Of a stretch of DNA of 32,730 nt, positions 18,431 to 28,700 are shown one piece after another. The DNA comes from Cytophagales bacterium. Its GTDB lineage: Bacteria > Bacteroidota > Bacteroidia > Cytophagales > Thermoflexibacteraceae. The notes beneath the pieces are model-generated. The model was given only the letters and a program-made list of their open reading frames with translations, ran no database searches and was not told the DNA's origin. Position 1 is the stretch's first letter. The number at the start of each line of letters is the position of its first letter. The position numbers and the translations under genes are program-made. The stretch is taken from assembly GCA_947457925.1 (NCBI GenBank), contig CANGYA010000020.1, forward strand, positions 1-32,730, in the 5' to 3' direction.

Positions 18431-19297
18431 TTATTTCACCAAACCATTTTTTTCAGCAATCTCTTGGGCTAAATTCAAGAAACTAATAGCCCCTTTACTA
18501 TCTGCATCATGGGCAATCGTTGGCAAACCAAAACTTGGAGATTCACTTAGTCTGATATTGCGTGGTATCATCGTCTTGAAAACCATGTCTTTGAAGTGTG
18601 TCGTAACTTCATCTACCACTTGGTTAGAAAGACGCAACCTCACATCATACATTGTCAATAAAATGCCTTCTATGCTTAAATTAGGGTTCAAACGACTTTG
18701 AATAATTTTGATAGTGTTTAATAATTTGCCCAAACCTTCTAAGGCAAAGTATTCGCATTGCACAGGCACAATCACCGAGTCAGCAGCCGTCAAAGCATTG
18801 ACCGTAACCAAACCCAATGAAGGAGAACAATCTATAAAAATAAAGTCATATTGGTCTTTGATAGGAGCTAAGGCTTGTCGCATTCTCTCCTCTCTTTGTT
18901 CTATGTTAATCATTTCAACCTCCGCACCGACCAAATCTATGTGTGAAGGCACAATGTCTAAATACTCAAAATTTGTGGGAATAATGGCATCTTCAATGCT
19001 TTCTTGGTCTATCATGCAGTTGTAGATACTTTTACGAACCTCTTTGGGGTTAATGCCTAAACCCGAAGACGCATTCGATTGCGGGTCTGCGTCTATCACT
19101 AAACATTTATATTCTAATACTGCCATACTTGCCGACAAGTTGATGGCTGCTGTAGTTTTGCCTACTCCACCTTTTTGATTGGCAATAGCTATAATTTTTC
19201 CCATATACAATACAGTTTGTAGCAAGTAGTTGATAGTCAATCTTTCAACTATTTGCGGTTCTTTTGCCCTACAAAATACGGTTTGTAAACAAGACAA
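18431..19297 (-). CDS. parA: ParA/Soj-family partitioning ATPase (orphan; probable true start at Met32, ~19204)
   Basis: KIIAIANQKGGVGKTTAAINL deviant Walker A and the rest of the ParA fold. No parB adjacent. Confidence 0.85.
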   Translation of the reverse strand: MSCLQTVFCRAKEPQIVERLTINYLLQTVLYMGKIIAIANQKGGVGKTTAAINLSASMAVLEYKCLVIDADPQSNASSGLGINPKEVRKSIYNCMIDQESIEDAIIPTNFEYLDIVPSHIDLVGAEVEMINIEQREERMRQALAPIKDQYDFIFIDCSPSLGLVTVNALTAADSVIVPVQCEYFALEGLGKLLNTIKIIQSRLNPNLSIEGILLTMYDVRLRLSNQVVDEVTTHFKDMVFKTMIPRNIRLSESPSFGLPTIAHDADSKGAISFLNLAQEIAEKNGLVK

Positions 19298-19302
19298 AAA
19301 AC

Positions 19303-19341
19303 TAACAGCTGTAAAATTTTAGGAAAATTTTACAGCTGTTA
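19303..19341. repeat. Perfect 39-bp palindrome (18-bp arms, 3-bp spacer) TAACAGCTGTAAAATTTT-agg-AAAATTTTACAGCTGTTA
   Basis: Exact reverse-complement symmetry. Followed on the minus strand by GUUUUUUUGUCUU. Lies between the gldJ/K-like stop and the parA start. Confidence 0.8.
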
Positions 19342-19359
19342 TAGAATATACACAACATA

Positions 19360-19402
19360 AAAACACAAAACCACTTGATAGTGTCAAGTGGTTTTGTGTT
19401 TT
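19360..19402 (-). terminator. 19-bp perfect stem / 5-nt loop hairpin 15 nt downstream of the gldJ/K-like gene stop
   Basis: AAAACACAAAACCACTTGA-tagtg-TCAAGTGGTTTTGTGTTTT, with the U-rich 3' arm on the minus strand. Confidence 0.6.
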
Positions 19403-19416
19403 AAATATTGTATTGA

Positions 19417-20709
19417 TTATTTGTTACTACCAGCACGAATCATTGCACAACGGAAACCTATGGTTGAAGTAGAAGAATCTTCTTCTAAATAACGGCGAGT
19501 ACCGGGAGCTAACCAGTAAGCTACGTCTTTCCAAGAACCACCTTTATACACACGCACTTTGTTGTCAATCAATGTAGTAAAGTTAGTTTTATCATACATT
19601 TTTACATCATCAACATAATCAACTGTTTTCTTACGCAATGGGTCAGGGTTGCTTCTTACAAGATACTTACCATCTGTACGTACAGGGTTCAAGTCTTGCA
19701 CATCTTCAAATGACAATGGACGATACACATCTTCTACCCATTCGTTTACGTTACCAGCCATGTTATACAAACCGAAGTCGTTTGGTGGGAAAGCATAAAT
19801 CCAATCTGTAATCATAGCACCGTCATTCAATTTACCTGCAATACCCGCATAATCACCACGACCACGTTTGAAGTTGGCTAAGAACATACCCATTTGGCGA
19901 CCATAAGGGTTACGCAAAGAGTGTCCGTCCCAAGGGTAAATACGTTGATAATCGTTATTTTCATCTAAATATTGCGTACCCACCATCGCCTTTGCAGCAT
20001 ATTCCCACTCAGCTTCTGTTGGTAAACGGTAGCCCGGTAATACTACACCAGATTCCAAAGGAATACGTCCACTACCATCTTTTGCCATTTGTTTTTCTTC
20101 TTTGTTACCATTTTTCATGGCTAACACTCTGTTTACAGCTTCTGTACGCCAGATAGAGTAGTTTTGAGCTTGTTTCCAGTTTACACCCACCACAGGGAAG
20201 AAACGAAAACCGGGATAACGCAAATAATGGTCGATATAAGGGTCGTTAAACGCCAATTCAGCAGCCCATACTAAGGTATCTGGTAATGCTTCTTCGTAAT
20301 ATTGTTGTCCAGAATCTTTTGCAAATTGCAAATATTCTAACCAGTGAATGTTCGCAACTTCGGTTTCGTCCATATAAAAAGACGCAACAGTTACTGTTCT
20401 TTCCAAGTTATCTCTGGCAGTTAAAAGGTCTTCTTCTTGTGAACCCATCACATGACGACCACCCTCGATAAATACTAAGTTAGGACCATCGGGCTGTCCT
20501 TTGAACTTACGCACTGCAAATTGTCCTTCTTTTGGTTTGCCTGTATTATACTTCAAACCAGTAGCAGTACTTGATTTCCCCGGCTTTATGCTTGTTGGTT
20601 TGCCCTTACCGCAACCTGTGAGCAGTGTTGCCACACACAGCACCAAACAGCCAATCAAATGCACTTTTTTCATCATATCCCTAAAAAGTAAGTCGCTATT
20701 AGATTCCAA
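19417..20709 (-). CDS. FGE-sulfatase (SUMF1) domain lipoprotein, GldJ/GldK (PorK)-family
   Basis: Lipoprotein signal (LLTGC|GKGKP). FGE-domain motifs (RLPTEAEWEYAA, NMAGNVNEWVEDVY, RVYKGGSW). C-terminal ...IGFRCAMIRA as in GldK/GldJ. No gldLMN downstream, so either a stand-alone paralog or GldJ-like. Confidence 0.6.
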   Translation of the reverse strand: MESNSDLLFRDMMKKVHLIGCLVLCVATLLTGCGKGKPTSIKPGKSSTATGLKYNTGKPKEGQFAVRKFKGQPDGPNLVFIEGGRHVMGSQEEDLLTARDNLERTVTVASFYMDETEVANIHWLEYLQFAKDSGQQYYEEALPDTLVWAAELAFNDPYIDHYLRYPGFRFFPVVGVNWKQAQNYSIWRTEAVNRVLAMKNGNKEEKQMAKDGSGRIPLESGVVLPGYRLPTEAEWEYAAKAMVGTQYLDENNDYQRIYPWDGHSLRNPYGRQMGMFLANFKRGRGDYAGIAGKLNDGAMITDWIYAFPPNDFGLYNMAGNVNEWVEDVYRPLSFEDVQDLNPVRTDGKYLVRSNPDPLRKKTVDYVDDVKMYDKTNFTTLIDNKVRVYKGGSWKDVAYWLAPGTRRYLEEDSSTSTIGFRCAMIRAGSNK

Positions 20710-20773
20710 AGTTATATTAAAATGAGGAGTTTTTTTTATTTGTCTGCAAAAAGACCCTCGTTTATTTGTTTTA

Positions 20774-20795
20774 TGACAAAGTTACAACTTTGTCA
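20774..20795. promoter_or_regulatory. 22-bp perfect palindrome TGACAAAGTT-ac-AACTTTGTCA upstream of the gldJ/K-like gene (candidate operator)
   Basis: Exact 10-bp half-sites, 2-bp spacer, ~65-100 bp upstream of the candidate start codons. Confidence 0.4.
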
Positions 20796-20825
20796 ATGTA
20801 TTTAGTCAAAAAATATGCCTTTTTA

Positions 20826-20860
20826 ATAAGAAAAAACCTAAGTCTATAAAAAACTTAGGT
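20826..20860 (-). terminator. Intrinsic terminator of the infC-rpmI-rplT operon (stem ACCTAAGT/ACTTAGGT, then U6-7 on minus strand)
   Basis: Hairpin 20836-20843/20853-20860. A-run 20826-20835 on plus gives a U-run on the minus transcript. 30 nt after the rplT stop. Confidence 0.7.
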
Positions 20861-20890
20861 CTTTTTGTTGTGCAACATTATTTACAAAGA

Positions 20891-21235
20891 TTAGTTTACA
20901 GCTTTTACAACGGCTGCAAAGGCTTGTGGGTGGTTCATTGCCAAGTCTGCCAATACCTTACGGTTCAACTGGATACCTTTAGCATGAATTTTACCAATGA
21001 ACTGAGAGTAAGACAAACCATGCTCACGAGATGCAGCGTTGATACGTGCAATCCACAATGAACGGTATTCTCTTTTCTTCATTTTGCGGTGTTCATACGC
21101 ATACAACAAACCTTTTTCAACGGTGTTTTTTGCAACTGTCCACACATTTTTTCTTCTTCCCCAATAACCTTTGGCTCTTGCCAAGACTTTTTTACGTCTG
21201 GCTCTCGAAGCAACTGAATTGACTGAACGAGGCAT
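20891..21235 (-). CDS. rplT: 50S ribosomal protein L20
   Basis: 114 aa, basic. [30 protein letters not shown]... is canonical L20. Confidence 0.95.
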   Translation of the reverse strand: MPRSVNSVASRARRKKVLARAKGYWGRRKNVWTVAKNTVEKGLLYAYEHRKMKKREYRSLWIARINAASREHGLSYSQFIGKIHAKGIQLNRKVLADLAMNHPQAFAAVVKAVN

Positions 21236-21392
21236 AGTATAATTTTGTTTTGACTGTAAGGAGTTCTATTATTCCAAGAAACTTAGCTTCCAAACAATCG
21301 GGTTAAACCATTAAATTTAGAATTTGGCAACACTACAAAGTGTGCCTCAATAATGAGCCATGCCTATAGAATAGGATGGCGGCGAAATGTGA

Positions 21393-21587
21393 TTATAGTG
21401 CCAACATCTCTTTTACTCGTCCCATATCGGCTTTGCACACATAGCCCATTTGACCTAAACGGTTTTTACGGTCTTTCGTCTTTTTGGTCAAAATGTGGTT
21501 TTTAAAGGCTTTTTTGTGTTTGATTTTGCCAGAAGCCGTTACAGAAAAACGTTTTTTCGCACTTGATTTGGTTTTTACCTTTGGCAT
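21393..21587 (-). CDS. rpmI: 50S ribosomal protein L35
   Basis: 64 aa. [36 protein letters not shown]... is canonical L35. Confidence 0.95.
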   Translation of the reverse strand: MPKVKTKSSAKKRFSVTASGKIKHKKAFKNHILTKKTKDRKNRLGQMGYVCKADMGRVKEMLAL

Positions 21588-21701
21588 TTTCTTAGTAAAT
21601 TAGTAAGTGAATAATATATGAAAACTCTGCATAGCACTTGGTTGCACAACACACTATACAGCAGCATTTCCGTAGCTTGAACTTGCGTTGTTTACAGATT
21701 A

Positions 21702-22319
21702 CTATTTAGCTTTAGGGGCTAACAGTAAGAACATTCGTTTGCCTTCTAATTTTGGTAGTTGTTCTACACGACCTACCTCCTCGATACCTTGTGCAAAACG
21801 CAACAAAAGAGTTTCGCCTCTTTCTTTGAACACAATAGTACGACCTACAAATTGCACGTAAGCCTTTACTTTATTGCCTTCTTTCAAGAAATTGATGGCG
21901 TGTTTGAGTTTAAACTCAAAATCGTGGTCGTCTGTATTAGGACCGAAACGAATTTCTTTGACAACGACTTTTTGAGCATTAGCCTTTATTTCCTTTTGTT
22001 TTTTCTTTTGCTCGTACTTAAATTTTGAGTAGTCTATAATCTTGCAAACGGGTGGCGTAGCTTTATCCGAAATCTCGACCAAATCTAATGCTTGTGCCTG
22101 TGCCATTTCAAGAGCTTTGGCAGTTGGGTAGATGCCCGGCTCTATGTTATCTCCTACCAAACGCACCTCTGGAACACGAATATTACCGTTGATACGGTGT
22201 TCGTCTTGTTGTGGCTGTCTGCCCCTATAATCTCTTGAATTAGGGTATCTTTTCTGCCCCCCACCATAACTACTGCTGTTATTGGGTTTGTTGTTATTAG
22301 GTTTTACTGGAGTACTCAT
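21702..22319 (-). CDS. infC: Translation initiation factor IF-3 (with Asn/Gly-rich N-terminal extension if the ATG at 22319 is used)
   Basis: [57 protein letters not shown]...[17 protein letters not shown] matches the IF3 N and C domains. infC-rpmI-rplT order is conserved. Confidence 0.9.
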   Translation of the reverse strand: MSTPVKPNNNKPNNSSSYGGGQKRYPNSRDYRGRQPQQDEHRINGNIRVPEVRLVGDNIEPGIYPTAKALEMAQAQALDLVEISDKATPPVCKIIDYSKFKYEQKKKQKEIKANAQKVVVKEIRFGPNTDDHDFEFKLKHAINFLKEGNKVKAYVQFVGRTIVFKERGETLLLRFAQGIEEVGRVEQLPKLEGKRMFLLLAPKAK

Positions 22320-22470
22320 GTAAAATGTTTAAGTGAAACAAAGGAAATTAAAGTCTGATTTGACTTGCAAAATTAAGCAAGATTTTTTGATAAAAAAAAG
22401 CATTTCGATAGTTTTTACAGTTTAATTTACAAAAAGCTATTTGGCGTGCTTACTCTTAGGGCTTTTTTGG

Positions 22471-23475
22471 TTAATGATGGTGATTATCACTTAGTTGATG
22501 CTTTTGATTATACGAAATATTGTTTCTTGTCCAAGTTATTTGTTGCACAAAATCGTGTTGGCGGTGTGGGCATTGTGTGATGCTACAGAGTTGGCAGGAG
22601 GTAGGCACACAGCCGTCTAAATGCACAAATAACTCTACATCTTCTCCGTATTTTTGGCGAATGAGGTGTTCTAAAGCTGCGGTTTCGTCATGTCCTTGTT
22701 GTACGGTAAAATACCAAGGTACGGTTAAATGACAATCTACGTGCAGCAACATTCCGTATTTGATAATCCTGAAATTGTGAATATCTACCCAAGTTGCTCG
22801 CCTATTTTCGTGTAAATAAGCTATCATCTCTAACAATAAATCCTCGTCTGCCTCGTCCATTACGCCTGCCACTACACTACGCAAAATGCTCAAACCGTTA
22901 TAGACAATTAGCAACGCAAAAAGTACGGCTACTACGCTGTCTATCCACTTGTAAGAAGTAAAATAAAGGAAAATTAAGCCGATAATAATGCCTACTGTGG
23001 TGTAAGTATCTGCTTGTAAATGTTTGCCACTGGCTACTAAAGCCAAAGATTGGTGTTTTTTTCCTTGTTGAATGGCTATGTAGCCCAAAATATAATTGGC
23101 GAGGGCTGCTACTGCTACCAAAATAATTCCATCATCTAATTGTTGTAAGGAATGTGGGTGCGTAAAATTATCTACAGCCTCATAAATAATGATTAAACCT
23201 GCCAATAAAATAAGAGTCCCCTCTACACCTGCGGACACAAACTCTACTTTTCCGTGTCCGTAAGGGTGATTTTGGTCTTTGGGGCGTGCAGAAAGGTACA
23301 AACTGTATAAACCGACAAAGGCACTGACAACATTGACCGTACTTTCAAGGGCATCTGTAAGAATAGCCACAGATTTTGTTAGATACCACGCCAATAATTT
23401 GATAATGAATAGAATAACTCCGACAACACAAATCCATTGTTGGAGGCGAAAATTTTGGCGTGCTGTTGTGTTCAT
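22471..23475 (-). CDS. Cation diffusion facilitator (CDF) family metal efflux transporter with Cys/His-rich C-terminal tail
   Basis: Six TM helices. 'AILTDALESTVNVVS' and 'HPYGHGKVEF' CDF signatures. C-terminus CVPTSCQLCSITQCPHRQHD...SDNHHH. Confidence 0.85.
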   Translation of the reverse strand: MNTTARQNFRLQQWICVVGVILFIIKLLAWYLTKSVAILTDALESTVNVVSAFVGLYSLYLSARPKDQNHPYGHGKVEFVSAGVEGTLILLAGLIIIYEAVDNFTHPHSLQQLDDGIILVAVAALANYILGYIAIQQGKKHQSLALVASGKHLQADTYTTVGIIIGLIFLYFTSYKWIDSVVAVLFALLIVYNGLSILRSVVAGVMDEADEDLLLEMIAYLHENRRATWVDIHNFRIIKYGMLLHVDCHLTVPWYFTVQQGHDETAALEHLIRQKYGEDVELFVHLDGCVPTSCQLCSITQCPHRQHDFVQQITWTRNNISYNQKHQLSDNHHH

Positions 23476-23604
23476 TTCGTTAAAGTAAATTAGTTGGGAT
23501 AAAATTATTGATTATTAGGCAATTTAACACAGAAAAAAAATAGGAAAGTTTATCTTTTTAATTACAATCACACTGTTTTTTGTAATTTCGCAGCCTACAG
23601 TTTT

Positions 23605-25176
23605 TTGCATACGACAATGGTCAAACCCATCCGCATACTTCTTTTCTTGTTTTACATAGCTTGTTTCATGGCTGTTATTATGGTAATGTCGCCAAAGGAA
23701 ATTCCTTTGGGCAATGATTTAGCCATAAAAGTTATGTCTGTTGAAGATTTTAGCCCTTCCGAAGCCGACACGCAACAAGTGGATATGACAGCTTTTTTAG
23801 AAAAGCAAGTTCAATTAGACAGCCTTGCTAAAGTGCGTGAAGCCCAATTAGCTGCCCAAGAAGACTCTATAAACCGCCTCAAATTGGCAGGAGCTACAGA
23901 CGGCAAGGAAATGACCACACGCAAGGAAAGAACAGAAACCATTGGAGATGTAAAATATACGATTCAGTACCCCGACAGTGGGGCATACTATGCCTTAGAC
24001 AACTTTTTTGCTTCTTTACAGTCCCTTTCTGAAAAACCCAACCTTATTAGGGTTGTACATTATGGCGACTCACAAGTAGAAGGAGATAGAATTACGGATT
24101 ATTTACGCAACCGTATGCAAACAAGATTTGGCGGTTGTGGTGTTGGAATTGTGCCGTTGTTAGAAAAACAGGCTTTTCGGAACACCATAAGTTCTGACGA
24201 GGCAGGGAATTGGCAAAAAATAGCTGTTTATGGCGACAACAAAGGTAAACCTAACCAATTTTATGGCTTATTAGCCTCCATGTACCGTTTTGCTCCAGCC
24301 CTTAACAAAGATTCTTTGAGTGATAAAGTCTATAAGTCTTGGGTAAAATATAAAGAAACAGGCTATTTGAGCAAAACAGATTTGAATAATAAAATAGAAA
24401 ACATCAAGATTCTTTACAATAGCCCCAAAAACGAATTAACAACAAGCATTACGATTGATAGGGCTGGTAAAAATGAAAATGATACTACCTTTAAGTACAA
24501 ATTGCCACAACAAGACCAAAGAGGCGTAGTGGGGCTTTTTGAGCAAGTGATTGAAACAAGGTTTAAGAAAGTAAATATGAGTTTTGAGGCGGAGGCAGGT
24601 ACGGAATTTTATGGGGTGGCGTTTGACTGTCATACAGGCGTGGCGGTGGACAATGTGGCGTTGCGGGGTAGTGCAGGTGTAGAATTTACGAAGATGAACA
24701 AGGATTTTGTTCGCCAACACCTCAAAAAAATGAATGTAAAATTGTTGATTTTACAGTTTGGTGTAAACGTAGTGCCAAGCCCTGTAAGTAATTATAGTTT
24801 TTATGAAAAATTGGTCATTAAACAGTTGCGTTTCTTCAAGTCTATAGACCCCGATTTGGCTATTTTGGTCGTTGGCGTGTCTGATATGGCACATAAATCG
24901 GGTACAGGCTACGTTTCTTACGCTAATATCCCCAAAATTAGAGATGCCCAACGCAATGCAGCCTTTGCCACTGGTTGTGCTTTTTGGGATTTGTACGAGG
25001 CTATGGGTGGTGCAGGAGCTATGAAAAGTTGGGTAAGTTCACGCCCACCATTGGCAGGAAAAGATTATACACACTTCAACTCAAGAGGAGCAACGGTAGT
25101 AGGTGAAATGTTGTACGAGGCTTTGATGAAAAGTTATGAGGAGTACAAAGAAAGGAATAAAGTTATTTTTCCGTAA
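23605..25176 (+). CDS. Membrane-anchored SGNH/GDSL-hydrolase family protein
   Basis: N-terminal TM helix. SGNH block I (VVHYGDSQVEGDRIT) and block V (KDYTHFNSRGATVVGEML). 523 aa. Confidence 0.5.
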   Translation: MHTTMVKPIRILLFLFYIACFMAVIMVMSPKEIPLGNDLAIKVMSVEDFSPSEADTQQVDMTAFLEKQVQLDSLAKVREAQLAAQEDSINRLKLAGATDGKEMTTRKERTETIGDVKYTIQYPDSGAYYALDNFFASLQSLSEKPNLIRVVHYGDSQVEGDRITDYLRNRMQTRFGGCGVGIVPLLEKQAFRNTISSDEAGNWQKIAVYGDNKGKPNQFYGLLASMYRFAPALNKDSLSDKVYKSWVKYKETGYLSKTDLNNKIENIKILYNSPKNELTTSITIDRAGKNENDTTFKYKLPQQDQRGVVGLFEQVIETRFKKVNMSFEAEAGTEFYGVAFDCHTGVAVDNVALRGSAGVEFTKMNKDFVRQHLKKMNVKLLILQFGVNVVPSPVSNYSFYEKLVIKQLRFFKSIDPDLAILVVGVSDMAHKSGTGYVSYANIPKIRDAQRNAAFATGCAFWDLYEAMGGAGAMKSWVSSRPPLAGKDYTHFNSRGATVVGEMLYEALMKSYEEYKERNKVIFP

Positions 25177-25360
25177 ATAAAACAAAATAAAAGTATATTC
25201 GCCTTCAGGCGAATGTCTTGATTGTCAAGTCATTCGCCTAAAGGCAAATATACATTAATAATTGCCATTTACTTAAAACAAAATAAAAGTACATTCTTCT
25301 TTCGGCAAATAGCTTAATAGCCAATGTATTCGCCTGAAAAGAATGTACTTTTTTTAATTT
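25177..25360. repeat. Degenerate tandem duplication (~96-bp units starting TAAAACAAAATAAAAGTA[T/C]ATTC at 25178 and 25274) carrying 'ATTCGCC-loop-GGCGAAT' hairpins; ends in stem 25285-25298/25339-25352 plus T7 (probable terminator of the SGNH gene)
   Basis: The 23-nt direct repeat is 22/23 identical. Hairpins ATTCGCC-ttca-GGCGAAT (25197-25214) and ATTCGCC-taaa-GGCAAAT (25234-25251). AAAAGTACATTCTT/AAGAATGTACTTTT stem followed by TTTTTAATTT. Confidence 0.6.
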
Positions 25361-25389
25361 GCTAACTAATCATTGTGCAGTAGCACTAC

Positions 25390-26226
25390 TTAGTCTATTA
25401 CTTTAATATCAAAAATCACATCTTGGTCTGCGGTGTTGCTGCCATTACGAACAAAACTTTTTACTCGTAACAAACCTCTTTTGCCCGCAGCATTTTGGAA
25501 AATATACACCCCATTTTGAACAACACTTATAGAAGTAGCCGATGGCGTAGCAGCAGTAGTTAGTTCTTGGCGAGTTACTGTATCAAAATTAAGGTTAGAA
25601 CTGGCAAAAGTTGTTCTTGTCCAACCTGTTCTACCGCCCACACTAAGCCCCAAACTCTCACGACTATCAGGAGAAACGAAAGTAGGATTACCACTTACGA
25701 TACCATACGTAATATCCACATTTGCCGTATTTGCATTCGCAGAGTTAGAAATTGTATTGGTGGAGCTTGCATAAAAACTACCTGCACTACTCAATGTCGC
25801 AGCATTTTGGTTCAATAGGCGAATGTCATTGGTGTTATTTACACCTGTGCCTACATTCAAGGTATAAGTAGCCTCTTGCGTGTTTCCTTTGGTGTCTTGT
25901 GCTACAAAACGGAACGAAAGTGTACGCCCTGCATCTACAACTGCCGTTGTGTATTCAAAATTATACTGAAAAGTAGTGCCTGTTAGTCCTGCACGCAAGT
26001 CGAGAGAAGAATTGTTTTTAGATACTTCTAATTGTTTCAAGGTGTTGGGAGCAGAAACACTCACCGTAAAAGCTACTTTTTCACCTACTTTGGCAGTAGC
26101 AGGAGCAGACGAAGGCACTGTTACCGTAAAACTTGTAGGGGTAGGCGTAGGTGTTTCTGTTGTAAGATTACACGCAGACAATAAGCCTACTAAAACCAAA
26201 ACAAAATACAACGATAATTTTTTCAT
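25390..26226 (-). CDS. Thr/Ser-rich hypothetical lipoprotein (278 aa)
   Basis: Signal peptide with lipobox (LLSAC|NLTT), TPTPTPT linker, β-rich Ig-like composition. No family recognised. Confidence 0.45.
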   Translation of the reverse strand: MKKLSLYFVLVLVGLLSACNLTTETPTPTPTSFTVTVPSSAPATAKVGEKVAFTVSVSAPNTLKQLEVSKNNSSLDLRAGLTGTTFQYNFEYTTAVVDAGRTLSFRFVAQDTKGNTQEATYTLNVGTGVNNTNDIRLLNQNAATLSSAGSFYASSTNTISNSANANTANVDITYGIVSGNPTFVSPDSRESLGLSVGGRTGWTRTTFASSNLNFDTVTRQELTTAATPSATSISVVQNGVYIFQNAAGKRGLLRVKSFVRNGSNTADQDVIFDIKVID

Positions 26227-26324
26227 GTTGAATAGTTATTGAGTGATACCATTAATTAACAGTACAAAAGACGTTAATTATTCTATGTAGGGTTACTAAT
26301 GCCTCGTTAAAGGTTGTTAAGTTC

Positions 26325-26374
26325 TTGTTAAAATGAAAAGCACTGTTACATAAATTGTTCTGTAACAGTGCTTT
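26325..26374 (-). terminator. Probable terminator of guaB (14-bp perfect stem 26337-26350/26361-26374, 10-nt loop)
   Basis: AAAGCACTGTTACA-taaattgttc-TGTAACAGTGCTTT. The minus-strand tail is UUCAUUUUAAC. Confidence 0.5.
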
Positions 26375-26393
26375 AAGTATATCTATAATTTTT

Positions 26394-27905
<1,512 letters not shown>

Positions 27906-28094
27906 TTATTTGCCATGTAAAACTACGTACTCTACTGTTACTTTCCAAACAAACAAGTAATTATTCTTGGAATCAAGTTTGAAATAAAATTGAGGAGGCA
28001 ATGAATAGCTACAATGTTGCTAAAAAGGGGTTTGTTTTTTTATTAAACATACAGTATTTTTCTTATCTTTGAGTTACAATAAAAAAAATGAATT

Positions 28095-28700
28095 ATGGGA
28101 TATAGCAATTATAAGAACTTCAAGTACACCTTGAAAGCCCTACATTTAGAGGAATTTGAGCTTCCTCTGTTTGATACTATTGTCCCCATAGAACCTTCTG
28201 AATGGCTCAAACAAAGTTTATTAGTGGCAGAAGAATTACCTTTAACCAACGAAAAAAGCAAATCAGAACGGATTATTTCGCCTATTTTATCTGAAATAGC
28301 TTTGCATTACAAACAACAAATTACTTTTTATTCAGGAGAGGACTTGACCGTAGATAGCAGCAAAGATTTGGCAGGAGAGTGTGATTTTTTCTTTTCCAAA
28401 CACCCTCGTAAAAGTGTGATGCAAGCCCCAATCATTACCTTAGTAGAGGCAAAGGACGAGGATTTTGAGTATGGCAAAGCCCAATGTACCGCCCAAATGT
28501 ATGCTTCGAGCCTATTCAATGAACAAGAGGGACACCCAATGCCTTTTATTTATGGTTGTGCAGTAACGGCAGATGCTTGGAAATTTTTGAAATTGGAAAA
28601 ACAACAGCTATTTGTCGATTCCAAAACTTATTATTTATCCGACTTGCCGAAAATCATAGGCATTTTTCATCAAGTAATTGAAAAATTTTTGGCTTTCTAA
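28095..28700 (+). CDS. Small PD-(D/E)XK nuclease-fold protein, HsdR-N-terminal-domain-like (restriction-endonuclease-like), stand-alone
   Basis: 201 aa. Motif order E-R-IISPIL ... G-E-C-D-FFF ... ITLVEAK ... Q-x3-YA ... IYGCAVTADAWKF parallels the HSDR_N / Mrr-cat-like PD-(D/E)XK core (D ... E-x-K). Assignment from motif inspection only. Confidence 0.5.
   Translation: MGYSNYKNFKYTLKALHLEEFELPLFDTIVPIEPSEWLKQSLLVAEELPLTNEKSKSERIISPILSEIALHYKQQITFYSGEDLTVDSSKDLAGECDFFFSKHPRKSVMQAPIITLVEAKDEDFEYGKAQCTAQMYASSLFNEQEGHPMPFIYGCAVTADAWKFLKLEKQQLFVDSKTYYLSDLPKIIGIFHQVIEKFLAF

Noticed and set aside
19303-19341. Considered whether the 39-bp palindrome is a parS site for the adjacent ParA
   Set aside because: No resemblance to the conserved parS consensus (TGTTTCACGTGAAACA) and no parB nearby. 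Kept only as a generic 'possible ParA-associated site' in the findings.
28001-28072. 23-aa ORF preceded by an AGGAGG box in the guaB / PD-(D/E)XK divergent intergenic region
   Set aside because: AGGAGG ends only 2 nt before the ATG, which is too close for a functional SD. Bacteroidetes rarely use SD. There is no conservation evidence. Probably chance.
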